The notes below the pieces were generated by a model that saw nothing but the letters and a program-made list of their open reading frames with translations, did no database searches and was not told the origin of the DNA. From positions 33,356,001 to 33,420,000 of the forward strand of contig OZ296655.1 of assembly GCA_965655095.1 (NCBI GenBank): 64,000 nt of DNA, read 5' to 3'. Origin of the DNA: Haplodiscus bocki. Taxonomy: Eukaryota. Below, piece after piece: positions 14,665 to 27,055 of this stretch (its first letter is position 1; each line of letters begins with the position of its first letter). Both the position numbers and the translations under genes were made by a program.

Positions 14665-15925
14665 TTACGTAACGTTTTACGCGTTGAAGATTCGCACAAT
14701 TCATTGAATTTGTTCGAGGGTCCCTTTGTTTTTGATTACCTTCATTACATCATTCGCGCGGAAAATTGGTCCGGTCTATGCTCCAAAAGGACCCACACTG
14801 GACTTTGCAGCAGTTGGAGGTCGAACCATTTTCATCGATTTACAACACATCTCCTTCGAAGTAAAATGTAGGGTTCTCAAACCTAATAGTTAAAAGCTGG
14901 AATACGATGCAGGTACTTCTTCGGCAACTGATTCGGCATTTTTCTTTAAACATGGTCTACATTTCGTTTTCTCTGTGTGTAGAGTTAATAAGGATGGTAA
15001 CAAAATTTTTTCTGCCATTGGCAATTACGATCGAAAATCTTTTACTGAAACAGAAACTTCACGCAACTAGGACGCTAGAGATACATTGTTGAAATGTCAA
15101 GGATTTTCCCAAAAACAGGCAAATTGATGACTTCACTCAAATAGATTTCACCAGAAGGACAGTTGAAGCTCGGTAGTTCGCCGATATTTCTTTCGTGGAA
15201 GAAGTGCGTCGAATTTTTTCTTTTGTGATTAACACCTGACAAGTGGAGTTACACTGAGATGTTCGATCCTCAGTAACCGACCTGAATATGCAACAATTTA
15301 CAATGTTGAAAACAAAATTGTAAATTCGAGATTATGCAAGCCATTTTAAAGGTTCGAAAGTTGACAGTAACAACGTTTACTCAGCTTTTGAGACCACATT
15401 AACCAAAACACTTTCACTTTATCGTTATACTGAGATCATACGCAAAAGTTGTCTCATTTCCACAGCGGTGCAGAGTTGGAGTCACGAATGTGTTTTCACC
15501 AGGGTTCGGAATAGCTATGGCAGCCAATGAGGCCATTCTGTAAGCCAATCGCCCAAATCTTTTCAATTTCCAAAAATGAAAGCTGAACAGCATTACAGTT
15601 TATCGTAATGGTTATCTTGTTGCCGGAACTCCACTCCAAAAAGAGAATGATGAGAAAGTCTACTTAAATCGTTCAAAGTTCCAGCTTTTGGACAACACTG
15701 TCAAGGAGTTTACTGCAACAACTACGCTAATCTCTATATTTAGTGTTCGGCCGAACCAGCACATTACCAGCAACCCATGATTATCTGTAAGCAGAACTGA
15801 CAAATGGATCCCTCTCTGTTAAGTTAAGATTTTCAGCAAAACTAACAAACAATTTTGAAGTGTTTTTTCGGGTGAACGGTTTTCCACTTTTTACAGTGAC
15901 TTTCCTCGGAAAGCTATCATGAATA
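14665..15925 (+). pseudogene. Double-jelly-roll major capsid protein (element B)
   Basis: PVYAPKGPTLDFAAVGGRTIFIDLQHISFEVK; GNYDRKSFTETE; LFNFQK..LNSITVYRNG; LTNGSLSVKLRFS. These align by eye to the MCP of element C. Confidence 0.8.
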
Positions 15926-15959
15926 TGTTCTTGAATGCAAGACTTGAAACCAAACGTTG

Positions 15960-16410
15960 ATGGATAGTACCAAATTTTTTATTTCAGATTTACGAAGTGT
16001 AGTTATCTGAGACTTTGGTTCGTGGGGTATTCTCGGCCGATACATTTTCTATCCCACTCAACAAGAACACTTTCTTTATTGTGACTTCCGAAAGTTCTGA
16101 TGAGGAAGCGAAGCATTGCATTAATTTGCATTAACGATGGAGTGTATCTATTGGGTGACTCAATGGGCTTACGCATGGATGCCTACTAGAAAGCTGAAAA
16201 GTTTCTGAGCTTGGCAGATTTCAGGTGTGAAGAAAAATTCAAAACTTTTCCAACCGCTTTTAATTGGACCGAATTCATGTGGACTTTATTGCTTATACAT
16301 TGCTCAATTTTTTTCATCCCCTAACACCCTGTAATACAATTAATCGATGACTAACGTTTGCGAAAACTTCTGAAACATTGATAACTTTCACGCTTATTTT
16401 CGCTGACGTT
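15960..16410 (+). pseudogene. Adenain-like cysteine protease (element B)
   Basis: IVTSESSDEEAKH, LLGDSMG and CGLYCLYIAQ fragments directly after the MCP. Confidence 0.7.
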
Positions 16411-18286
16411 AAATTTAAAAAATTTCAGAAACGTTTTTTTTTTCAACACAGGATGAATCAAAATGAAAAGCTAGCTTTCCATTGTTTATAGTACCAAAGC
16501 CAGTAATAAAAAATCAACAATCCTATAAAAAGTGGCTACAAATTGGCCATCAATTATCAAGTTTAGTCTACTTGGAAAAACTGGAGACAAGTGGCTGGTT
16601 AGCGTTGATCTTTCATTTCTGGTTTTGACTGCGGGACTCGTCTGCGTATTTGTTTCGTGTTTCTGAAAAACGGGCTCCTGTTGTCCAGATTCCTGTTAAA
16701 TGTCACCACTTGATTAGGACTTTCAATTGTTTTTTCGTTCAACTTTAAAAAACTACTAGTATGTATCAGAGACGAGGAAAATGGTTATAAATAAAGCACA
16801 GCGTACCCCTTTACTCACTTTTGAAATTTAGAGCTTGATTCCAGGAAAAAATGATAATGTTTTGCTCAATGTCACAGTTTTTGCTTTTTCCAGAGTGCAA
16901 ACCAAAAACCAAACAGATGTCGTTCAAGAATTTTTAGAATCACACGCGGTACTTCAAAATAAATATGATACCACAAGTTTTTCCGAAACTTCATGAAACA
17001 ACTGAGCGTTTGTTCGTACATTGTCTCAAGCATTTTTGGAAAGTGAAAAAAATATCTATTAGAACTGCTAACAATCACGTAATAAACTTTTGGTTCCAAA
17101 CGAATGTTCTTGGCAAGGAGGAATGAATTGATGAAAAAAGATATCTGTTCACAGGCAGATACGTTCAAATGAAATATTATAAAGAGTTACTGGCAGTGGA
17201 ACACAATCTGGGAACTTGAGAGCGTTTTTCGTTATTTTGCTTTTCTCATTTGATAGTTGCTTTTGCACCTTTTTCTTCAGGTTCTGGTTGCATTCCAATT
17301 TTTTCTTTTTTGTTAGTCAACTGATGAAACTCAGAATCAGTGAGAGTATGTCGTTGATCCAGACGACACTAATCATCAACTCCTATTTTGAAAGTTTCAG
17401 AAACAAGTAGGTCTGAGTGTTGTGAAAAAGTTTGGTTGTATCTCGTATTAGACGACTCTCAGTTCTCAAATTAGCAATCCCCGAAATTTTGTCAGTAGTG
17501 GAAGAGAATGGAGGATTCATTTTTCTTGAGCGCTTAGTCAAGTTGGAGCAGCAAACTGTTTTCTAGGCAACGTAAGAAATTGAATGGAACGAAACACAAA
17601 CGCGGGAAACTTGATGAACAGGGCTCATACATTAATGTTAGAAAGGAGCCGTTGATTTTGATGTCAAGCAGTGCTAAAAACTGGCAAACAAAAAGGAAAA
17701 AAGTGTCAACATACTACGCAAAGAGGTGCTTGCGGGGATTTGTTCTTCTAATTTTAAACCAATTTCAACCGTCACCTAAACAAAACGCTTGATTGTGGAA
17801 AATTGAGACGACAGGAAAAATATTCATTTTATGACTCATAAACAGTTTCTTAACCAACTAAAACTGGAGGTGTTTGGCAATGCTTGTAGACTAACTGTTG
17901 TATGTCTAGACATTACATATATGGTAAACAAAAATCAACTGAGTTTTGTCACCACTGTAACTTTCTGTTATCGCAAAGCAGTTAAAATTCGAAAAAAACT
18001 TCAAATTGACACTAGGTGTTTTTTTTCAAGTTTTCTTTTTATAGTGATTTCACAATCTCGATACTATACGAGACATAGCTTCAGATATTCAAGACTGTAA
18101 ACACTTCTTCCACGTGGAAGAACAAAACTAGAAATTCAAACATTCACCAGCTATTATTGTTCCTATCTTCATTCATTTTACAATACATGGTTCAATAAAT
18201 TAGTGGCAATTGCCGGAGAAGAGAAAGCAGATGACGAAAGGAGCATCTAAAATTCCATATCCGTACCTAAAGACATATTTGGTCTG

Positions 18287-18751
18287 TTGAAGTGCAAGAG
18301 CGCCCCACGTAACAATGTCATCAGGTTGGAAATTGAGGGCCTAGAGGAGGAAATTTATAATATGCGTACAAATGTTGACCGTTTCAAATCATCTGTTGGT
18401 GTTCGCGGAGTCTTATTCCGTTTTGATTGTGAGGACATACCCCTATCCGAGAACCAGTTGGGTTATATTTCGGATTCAGAAACGTTGGAGTGGTTTTGGG
18501 ATATAGTTTGCAACTCGCAATCTTCACATTTGGAAGAATTAACACCGCCATTTCCAATTTCAATCCCTCGTTATCAAGATAGGGATGAGGACAATATAGA
18601 ATCTAATCAGCTTCAAACTCCTGTGAAGTCAAGTCCTTGCTACTCTCCTGAACATCTTCCGGTGCCAAAACAGAAGATATTGAAAAACCAACCCAAAAAT
18701 TCAACAGGAGTGAAGAAATCAGATCTTTCCGATCTTCAAACTACCAATTAG
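18287..18751 (+). CDS. Hypothetical Polinton accessory protein with acidic, S/P-rich tail; start uncertain
   Basis: 154 open codons inside element B; no recognisable motif. Confidence 0.3.
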   Translation: MKCKSAPRNNVIRLEIEGLEEEIYNMRTNVDRFKSSVGVRGVLFRFDCEDIPLSENQLGYISDSETLEWFWDIVCNSQSSHLEELTPPFPISIPRYQDRDEDNIESNQLQTPVKSSPCYSPEHLPVPKQKILKNQPKNSTGVKKSDLSDLQTTN

Positions 18752-19279
18752 TTCATAATAACATTCAGGCTTGCTTTTTACATTTACCGATAATCAACAA
18801 GAACTTGTTTTCTGTATAATTTTTAAAGCCACAGCGTGAATAATTTCCATTTTGTGGAAAAATAGTGCAAAAGCGATTCTTCTAACTCCTCCCGCTACAA
18901 CAAAAGAAAATGTAACCACTCAGGCATAATTTACAGTGAGTCTAAATCAGTGGCTGTTGATCAGATTAAACAAACTTTGAGGAATTAGCGTCTGTGAAGC
19001 TAGTCACACTTCAGTGGCAGAGTATTGAAAGTGATGACAAGAGAACAAAAGCCATCAACAAATGTTTTGATTTAAAAAAGGAACGAGAATTATTTGTTTC
19101 TTGATCAAGACGAAGATTACTATCATAAATACTCAGAACGTCTTCAATAGTTACGCACATGATGATATGTAGCCTGCAGAATTAGTCAGAAAAACAGAGA
19201 TCATAAGCAAAATGGGAAAACCTTAATAATGTCTCAGATTCTCAAATTCATTTCAATAAACTCAGCAGTTAAAAAAAGT

Positions 19280-21410
19280 CATAAACTGTGACTCATGCAG
19301 CAAAGCAAGTGCTAACAGGCAAAACCTTAATCGGTTTTTTCGCAAAAATCGTTACATTGAAGTTTCGAAGTCAGGGTAGGGGAACTGCTTGGAATGTCTC
19401 TTCAAAAGTTAGTCTTTGGCAGTAGAGAAAAAACACGTTGAAGAAAAACATAATGCAGCAAAACAGAAGCTCAGCATTTACTGCAATATTCTGTTCTCTG
19501 ATACAAAAACTTTCAATAAACACTGGCATGAAGTTCATTCGTTGCCTCCAGTTACACAAACCCAAACCTCGGAACGCAAACATCCTCAGGCATTTGCTTT
19601 CGGTGGTACAGTGCAAACGTCTTCTCAGAAGCAAACGGTGATCATGATTTCCTACATTTCTTGTTAGACCGAAAATATATTATTAATATGAAAACAGAGA
19701 AAACTATTCAAGCGGAACCAAAAAAACTGCAGCTATCAGCAAAAGCCAATTTGAAGAAACCTGCCTCAGAAAATGAACACGCATCTGATCTCATGATTCA
19801 TGTGGACTCCAAAATCGAAACAGGCCACCTGTGTGGGAGACTGAGAGAGCAAGCTCTTCTCGCGATGTTGGATCAAAATTTGTCGAGTCTGTTCAGTCTC
19901 ACTTCCCACGGAAGTGGCTGGATGCTCAATGAGATCAATAGTTTTTACGTTAAACTAGCTTCTCATGTCTGATTTCGAGGGTCATCCTACCTTGGATTGC
20001 CAAGTGACGTTCAAAATATGAACTGCCAGTGGAGCATAAGGAATCGGGAACATAATAATTGCTTCCTCTATTGTTACGTGGCAGCGAAACATTTGGCATA
20101 TGCTCACAGTTTGTATCGAAATGTCGTGACCTCTGAGAACCAACCCAGAAAAATATAGTCCTTCTGACCCAATAATCTATCAACCAGTAGACGATTTCCA
20201 TATACCGATAGCTTTCAATCAAATTCTAAGGTTCAAAAACCTGAACAGAGCCCGAGTTAGTGCATTCCGTTTCCAATAAAAAATATCTCATTCCACTGCC
20301 AATAACAAAAGACAGGAGTTGTCGTTCATTTTAGACCCTCTTCTTCTTAGCAATGGTCAAGCTTACCATTACGCTTTGATCAAAGGGTTGAAAAATCTAG
20401 TCAGCAAATTGAAACAACAAATTCCACGAGCCGGTAGCCAAATATGCCGCAACGACTTCCTTGTTTGCTCAACAGCTGAAAAATAGACAAATCCGGACTT
20501 GTATGCAAAACGAAGCAGCCGCAAATAAACTACCATATGAAACGAAAGACGAATTATAGTTCCAAAACTACCAGCCCAGGCGGTTAGCACTTTTTGTTAT
20601 GTATTTTGAATTTGATTCGCTCAACAAAACTCTAACCACATGTTCCAAAATTTCTGATGAAAGATCATACTGGATTTTAAAAAGACATGAACATTGTGGT
20701 TTTTCTTGGTTGTTACTGAGCCCCACAATTCAAAACTGGTTTTTTGATCAAACCGGAAATCACGTCTCAGCGTATCAAATCGATAATCAGTAGGTGTCCA
20801 AGCGAAATGGTCAAGAGGCATATACGAAACGTTCAGAAGCCGACGGTAGGGTTATCTAAACAGCCTCACTCCACTGAAAAAAATCTTTCTGTTCCCACGT
20901 AATGTAGAAGACAATCAACTGCTCTTTATTGCATTCCGACATTGATTCACTTTTATATGAGATCAGCAGACAGTGTTTCTATGAAAAAAATGGTAAAGAA
21001 TCTCACGCTACAAAACCACTTCAATATTTCTAACTATCCCAACGACAGTCTCCTTCATTGTGACACAAACAAGATAATCACACTCAAAATCGAGGATGAG
21101 ATATCGAGGAAAGTCATATGACAATTCAATGTTTCCAAACACAATATGCATTCGGTTATTTTTAGGAAACAACAGAAGATCTCAGGAAAAAGCGTATCTT
21201 GATACGGAAAATTTCACTGAAGCATGATGTCTATAAACGTGTTCTACTGAGTGGTCATCACATGAGGTCAAAAAATATAAGAATCGGTTCTTCAAAACAC
21301 CTCCTCCAAACTTGTCGAATTTACCTTTGAGTGCCTTCAATGAAAAGCGTTTCATACAAAACGATGGCGTACATTGTATACTTTCCGGCCACTCCGAAAT
21401 AACAGAGACT
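19280..21410 (+). pseudogene. pPolB of element B, with N-terminal C2H2-like fingers and a large internal deletion
   Basis: CNILFSDTKTFNKHWHEVH; HGSGWMLNEI...GSSYLGLP...NNCFLYC; ExoI-like MYFEFDSL...HEHCGF; then directly HSDIDSLLYEI (motif C, ~20,930), SNYPNDS...NK and LSAFNEKRFIQNDG...GH (C-terminus). Confidence 0.85.
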
Positions 21411-22029
21411 GGCAGTTGTATTGGGAGTTTTTGGAACACGAAGATTGGGTAAGAAGTGCGACAGGAAATCCCAGAAATTAGTGTAGTTGACTCAATTGCA
21501 ATGAGAAGTTTCGCAGTCTTACCTGAGGAATGTTCCATCGCTTTCCAAATACTACGCTGACCTCGAACCCGCAAGTTGAAACGGAATTTTCAGACGACAT
21601 TTTGAACCCTCCTGACCCTTGCATACGTCAACGAATTTACAAAAAAAGTAAGCTTGAAAAAGTTGTTGACTTCAATGAAGAAACGAAAGCAAATTCGACT
21701 CTCAGACAAAGAAACACTTCCTTGACAACGGGGCCGACGTAGATTCTTTTCGAGATAATGATTCGGACTATGACGATTTGACAAATAAATATAGTCCCTT
21801 TAATGACCTTTAGCCGCCGAGATCCCCCTCCTCTTTTCATGTTCTTCAACCCATGAAAAGAAAAATTGCGATAACTTCAAGCAACTTTGACTAAATTTTA
21901 ATCTCAGAAAACGATGGGCGCAAAAATTATGCAAACTGTTTTTATCATAAACGATGAAAAAAGTCTTGTGGCGTTTTGTTCTCGCAGACAACACTCACCC
22001 ACCGGAAGTGAGTATAAAACAGCTTCTTT

Positions 22030-22510
22030 GAACAAGTGCACGGAAACAACCTCGCGAAAGAGCACGCAAAAAACATCCCCGTGGTAGAGCGCATAAAAAA
22101 CTTCACGCTAAAGAACGCACAGGAAAAACACCTGCGAGGAAGCACAGATAAAAAACCCTTGCAAAAGAGCCCACTAAAAAAGCCCCTTGGAAAGAGCGCA
22201 CGGAAAATACCTTTGCGACAGAGCGCACAGAAAAAAACCCCGTGAAGGAGCGCACGGAAACGCTTCTGCGACGGAGCGCAAGGAAAAAGCCCCCGTGGAA
22301 AAGCGCACGGAGAAGAGGTCGGCAAAAAAGCGCACAGAAAAAATCCCCCGCGAAAGAGAACTCGGAAAAAGTACCGTGAAAGGGTGCAGGGAAGAAACTC
22401 TGACAACAGAACGCACGGAAAAGTCCCTGAGAAAGAGCGCACGCTGGAAGCCGCTGTGAAAGAGTGCAGAGCAAAAACCCCTGCGAAACATGGAACCCAA
22501 ACGGAAGAAA
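22030..22510 (+). repeat. Degenerate ~27-30 bp minisatellite (aaagagcgcacggaaaaaacccc...), roughly 15+ units
   Basis: Recurrent gagcgcacRgaaaa motif visible directly. Confidence 0.85.
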
Positions 22511-24519
22511 ACATGGAGAAGTCGGTGTATTTTTGACTCACCACAAGGTTGCCACTCTTTGATGATAGGTAATTTTCTAATTTTCGAAGCGCTAACGACC
22601 GTTCATCTGAAAAAAGATGTTGAACATGAACAATTAAAAAGACTACAAAAGAAGATGGGCAACAAGTGGTTACAGGTTTTCGATTGTTTATCTTCCACGT
22701 TTTATCATTCATTGTTTTTATGGAATTCTGGCTTGCACACGCAAGCGATAACGAAAGTAAAAAAGATATGAAAAGTATCAGCTTAGAATCATCTCGTGGA
22801 GCCCACGTTCTGCTGAAACAGTCAGCTAGATCTTAGTACAGAAAAAGTTATTTCAAGGACGAATTCCAAAGAACAACATAGTTCAATCAAAAACACAGTT
22901 TGGCGTCTAACTGAATAAAGGCGTGAATAATTGTTTGTTTCAAAATTAAATGCATTAAAGAGTTAAAAATGTCTTCAATTCGAAGCAAACAAACCTGAAA
23001 CTCCGGCCGTATTGAGAATTTTCCCGGCCAGTGGAGAAATCCAATCATTTGGTAAGTACTATATATATATTTATCCTTTCCGGTGCCGGTTTCATGTGTA
23101 CTTTTTTCCCGCATGGGAGCCAACGACATTGGAGAGTATAGTTTTCACGTTGTGTGATTCCGACAATCCACGGATAATGTGAAACTTCTTTCTGCAAGCT
23201 TTTCCCGCGGCCACCATCGCAGCTAGAATTTCGTTCTTGTTGGTCTGTTCCCCGAATCCTAGTTCACTCTCACCGTCTCGCACCATCACGATTGCCCGCT
23301 TCCTCGCCCTCTGCGAACCCGAGTCAGATGAGCTATGATCAATCCTTAGTGTAACTTTCAGAAGAACTTCCTCCATAATCAACAGTGAAGTCATGGTCTG
23401 AGTACAAATGTGAAGAATGAAACGGCAAATCCACAAAAGCGTGGGTCAATCGGAGGAGAAATGAAACGTCAGTGGGAACAGGAAAAAATTTCATCAAAGT
23501 TGAATTTGAGTAATATGAGATGATCCTTAAGTCACATTTTTTATTAGTAGTATTCATACAATGCAGTATCATGCGACCCATACTTTTGTTTCAGGAACCG
23601 TTAGTAGTAAGCTGAAAGAGCTGGCAGTAGCTCAGTTATGGAAGAGAAGCTGAACTGATGACGGTTCCATTGCTTTGCTTATATAACAACATCAAATGTG
23701 ATGCCTATTTAAAATAGCAAAGTTAGGGTTGGGTTTTGGTCAAAAACCTCTGCTCCGAATGAATTTTTTCTGTCGTGGAACGAGTTTTAAGGTAGGGTGA
23801 TTGCCTTTATCTCTACACGAAGACTTCAAAAGAAGCCCAGTCCAACTATGAAAAGAGTGAGACATGTAAATGTGAGGATGGACGCTTCTTCTTCACCTTC
23901 GTCGTTAAGTAAACAAACTTGAAACACCAGTAGTCTAGCCTAGGCTACATGTAATATTTGTTTACAAGCCAAGATTCACCCGCGAAATACTTGTTTTGGT
24001 TCGAAAAGTCACCCGCTAAAAGATTGACACAATCGTGGGATAGACCCTTAAAAACCATGTGAACCCCTTAACTACTCATGTTTAATTCATGATAGGTGAA
24101 ACTTTTAGGGAACATTTTATTGAATAATTTAGTTTTAGCGGAGCGATTCTATTTGTAATTCTATAGAAGCTCAAAAAATGAATGATTATTGGCTGCATCT
24201 TCTTTCCAAATTGTTTTCGAACAAAACTCAAGTGCTTTGCAACCATCCGGTTGTCAGCAAAATTTCAACGAAAAGAGAATCCATGAAGCAACCGGGCCAG
24301 TTCTACAGTCTTACTGCGAACTATTTTGATTGGAACTTCGATACTATACATAAAACAGTGTTACACTTTCAAAAGAAACGGTTTCCTCAAAGAGTATCTG
24401 CCAAAATTTTTCCATAAACTGCTATTTCAATTAGTTTCTGCATTGTGTTCCTGCTGATTGCCAGGTGTTGCCCGACTCATAGATTAGTTATTGGACAAAA
24501 TCTTTGACGATATGTTATT

Positions 24520-24665
24520 CAAAATTGAAAACTGATCCGCAGATTTTCCACGTTAACTGTTGACTTTTTCAAAATGGTGTTGGATATTTCCAGCTCGACA
24601 GATGGTATTTGAGAAACACACTTTTGAGAAGTGACTCAATTGAAAGTTTGGAAACAAATTGAGAT
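24520..24665 (+). repeat. Dispersed repeat; inverted copy at 27,160-27,300
   Basis: ttccacgttaact..tttttcaaaatggtgttggat...cttttgagaagtgactcaa matches the reverse complement of ttgagtcatttctcaaaag...atccaatgccattttgaaaaa...agttgacgtggaa. Confidence 0.75.
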
Positions 24666-24912
24666 TTCGAGATACCTTTACCGAACTCAAAATCCGTATC
24701 ACTCAGCGAAATCACAACTTCCTATCTTTCGCCGCATATCTAATATGCAAGAAAAATTTTTCATTCAGTAGGGTTGTTTTTCTTCTTTTTCAGTCCAAAG
24801 TTGCCAACTCCTTTCATTTGAAAAAAAATGAGAGCAAGTGGGGTTAGGACAAGAGTGTCGTGCCAAATATTTTTATGATTTCACTGACATTTTTCAGAAT
24901 TTTCATTCCGAT

Positions 24913-24980
24913 GGTTCCCATGGCACAGTGAGTAGGACAACAGGGTTTCGAAGCGCTAGGTACGAGTTCGAATCACAGCA
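24913..24980 (+). other. tRNA-derived SINE head or tRNA pseudogene
   Basis: A-box-like TGGCACAGTGAG and B-box GAGTTCGAATC at tRNA-like spacing; acceptor stem does not pair. Confidence 0.5.
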
Positions 24981-25339
24981 ATTACCTGTCTATTTGTACT
25001 TCACTGGAACGATTTTCAATTTTGAGGATTGTTCCTTTTCTACTCCTATCAAATTATTTATTTTCAGTTGATTTTTTTGTCAGTGCTTCATGAAACAAAA
25101 AACTGATGCTTGTAGATACTTTGTTTTTTCTATAGTTATCATTATTTTCAAGATCACAAGGAACTTTCTACTTTATTTCGTAAATGCTTTCCCAGCATTA
25201 TATTTTAAAGCAATCAAGTGCAGTCTTTACCAAGTGAAACAAAGTACTCACAAACACCAAAAAGTCCATTTTACGATTATTTTCGATTAAGTGGGAAAAA
25301 ACATCGTCAGAAAATCCTGCTACCACGTCAAGCATAGTT

Positions 25340-25790
25340 CTGCGATACCAGAAACTTTCAGAAACACAGAAGGAACCCCTCACGAAATATTTCCTGGAGA
25401 CGAAACGTTTTTGCCATTTTGTTAAAGTTACCTCGCCTCAGGTTCACCAAAACTCTTGCTCCCGACAAATGGGTAGGGCCAGAAACACCAGAGACTTCCA
25501 AACTAATGAAAAGGGCCCTCTTATTAATTATTTGGTACTGTGATACCGTGAAACAATAATTTTTCAACACTTTTTTGCTGATAGACCTATGTTTCACCAA
25601 AAAATCTTGAACCAGACAAAAGGAGTGCCTGAAAACTTGAGAAAATGAGAAACACCAGAATTTTCCGGAAGTACCAGAAGCGCCCCTTACAATTTATTCG
25701 GTACTCCGATAATTTGAAACAGAAAGTTTTCCACCTTTTTGTTGATAACCTCCTATGGTTTACCGAAGCTTTTGAACGTGTCAGCCGCGT
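25340..25790 (+). repeat. Degenerate copies of the ~115-bp satellite seen at 26,655-27,055
   Basis: gataccagaaactttcagaaacacagaagg..cccct and ggtactgtga motifs. Confidence 0.6.
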
Positions 25791-26654
25791 CCCTTTTGCC
25801 CTGTTCTCAACTCGTTTTGTTTTCCGTCCAGGAATATTCCAAAAGCCAAACAGCCGATTCAGTTGTGCAGTTTTTCCTTTTTCTTCATGTTGCGAACGTC
25901 ACGCAAACTTCGTGTTGCAGGTTTGTCCGCCTCTTGTAAGGTACATGTATGCGGTGCCACTGCGTATAGCTAGCCCCGACTTGGAAGGGACCAACGCCTG
26001 TAAAAGTTGATTTCCTGTTTCCTTTCAAACATTTTTTTCTCACACAACACACACTTCTTCGAAAAAACTGAGGGTGCTTCGGTTTTCTCGAAAGTCTGAA
26101 TTTTTCTTTTACACAAAGGAATCCAATCAGCTTCTTCCAAACTTTCACAAAAGTCAGAAAAACATTTGAGAAAGGTGAAAATTTCCAACTAGCTGAAAAA
26201 TATGTTTTCATTTATTGAATTGATTCCCCTTTCAAATTCTTGAATTATTTTTCGGAAGAGATTCCTCCAGAACCTTTATACTTTTTTCAGACTGGGTCTA
26301 AAACACCAGAAAGCGATTCATCCAAATGTTTACCGAAAACACACGTCGTTGTTCACATTGTATAGTCTTTAGAGTCAACCCAGGCCTGAAATCATATGGT
26401 ATCTAAACTTCCCCATGACCTTAGTCATTTTTTTGAAAGCAATCGAACGAATATTTTCAATCGAAAATCACTTGTCGAAGGGAATTCTTTATCGAAAAAC
26501 TTCCGTTTAATTACCTGGCGTCTGGTACAATGATCAATTCTGCTGAAACATTCTAGACAAGAGCTTTTCTAAATCGTAATTCAGACTTATTTTTCTCAGA
26601 AAGTAGCTGCTGATTTCCGACAACATCCCACTCGACTATTGTCACTATGTGAAA

Positions 26655-27055
26655 GTCGTGGTAAACCCCCTTTCTTAGCCATAAATTTCTTCGATTCCGG
26701 ACTTTTTCTGAAACAAGTGTTGGTCTTCGAAATGTTTCGGTACTATAAGACAAAGCAATTTCGACGGAGAATCGTGATATCCCCCTTCTATCCCTAACAT
26801 TTTTCGATACCAGAAATTTTCTGAAACAGAAGGGTTCCCCTACAAAATTTTTCGCTACTGTGAGACAAAAAATTACGGAAAATCGTGATACCCGCCATCT
26901 CTCATCCTTAACATTTTTCGATACCAGAAATTTTCTCAAACACAGACGGGTTCCTGTATGAAATGTTTCGGTACTGTGAGACGAAATTTTCAACCGCAAA
27001 TCGTGGTATTCCCTCCCCCCCCCCTCTTTTCCAAATTTTTTCGATACCAGAAGAT
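26655..27055 (+). repeat. ~115-bp tandem satellite, about 3.5 units
   Basis: Unit tttcggtactgtgagac...aaatcgtgata.ccc...atttttcgataccagaaattttctgaaacagaagggttcc repeated. Confidence 0.9.

Larger units (their letters stand above)
9691..21410 (+). mobile_element. Polinton/Maverick element B, heavily decayed; termini not found (may extend to ~7.9-22.8 kb)
   Basis: Co-oriented remnants of nuclease-fold protein, small membrane protein, ATPase, integrase, minor capsid, core-like protein, major capsid, protease and pPolB. The morphogenesis gene order matches element C. Confidence 0.88.

Noticed and set aside
21945-22712. 255-aa F/C/R-rich minus-strand ORF
   Set aside because: Antisense read-through of a minisatellite that lacks stop codons.
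23100-23260. HYPWIVGI in an alternative frame resembling a trypsin N-terminus
   Set aside because: No IVGG, CGG or catalytic motifs, and flanked by stops.
24913-24980. Functional tRNA-Arg(TCG)
   Set aside because: Acceptor and anticodon stems do not pair; kept only as a SINE head or pseudogene.
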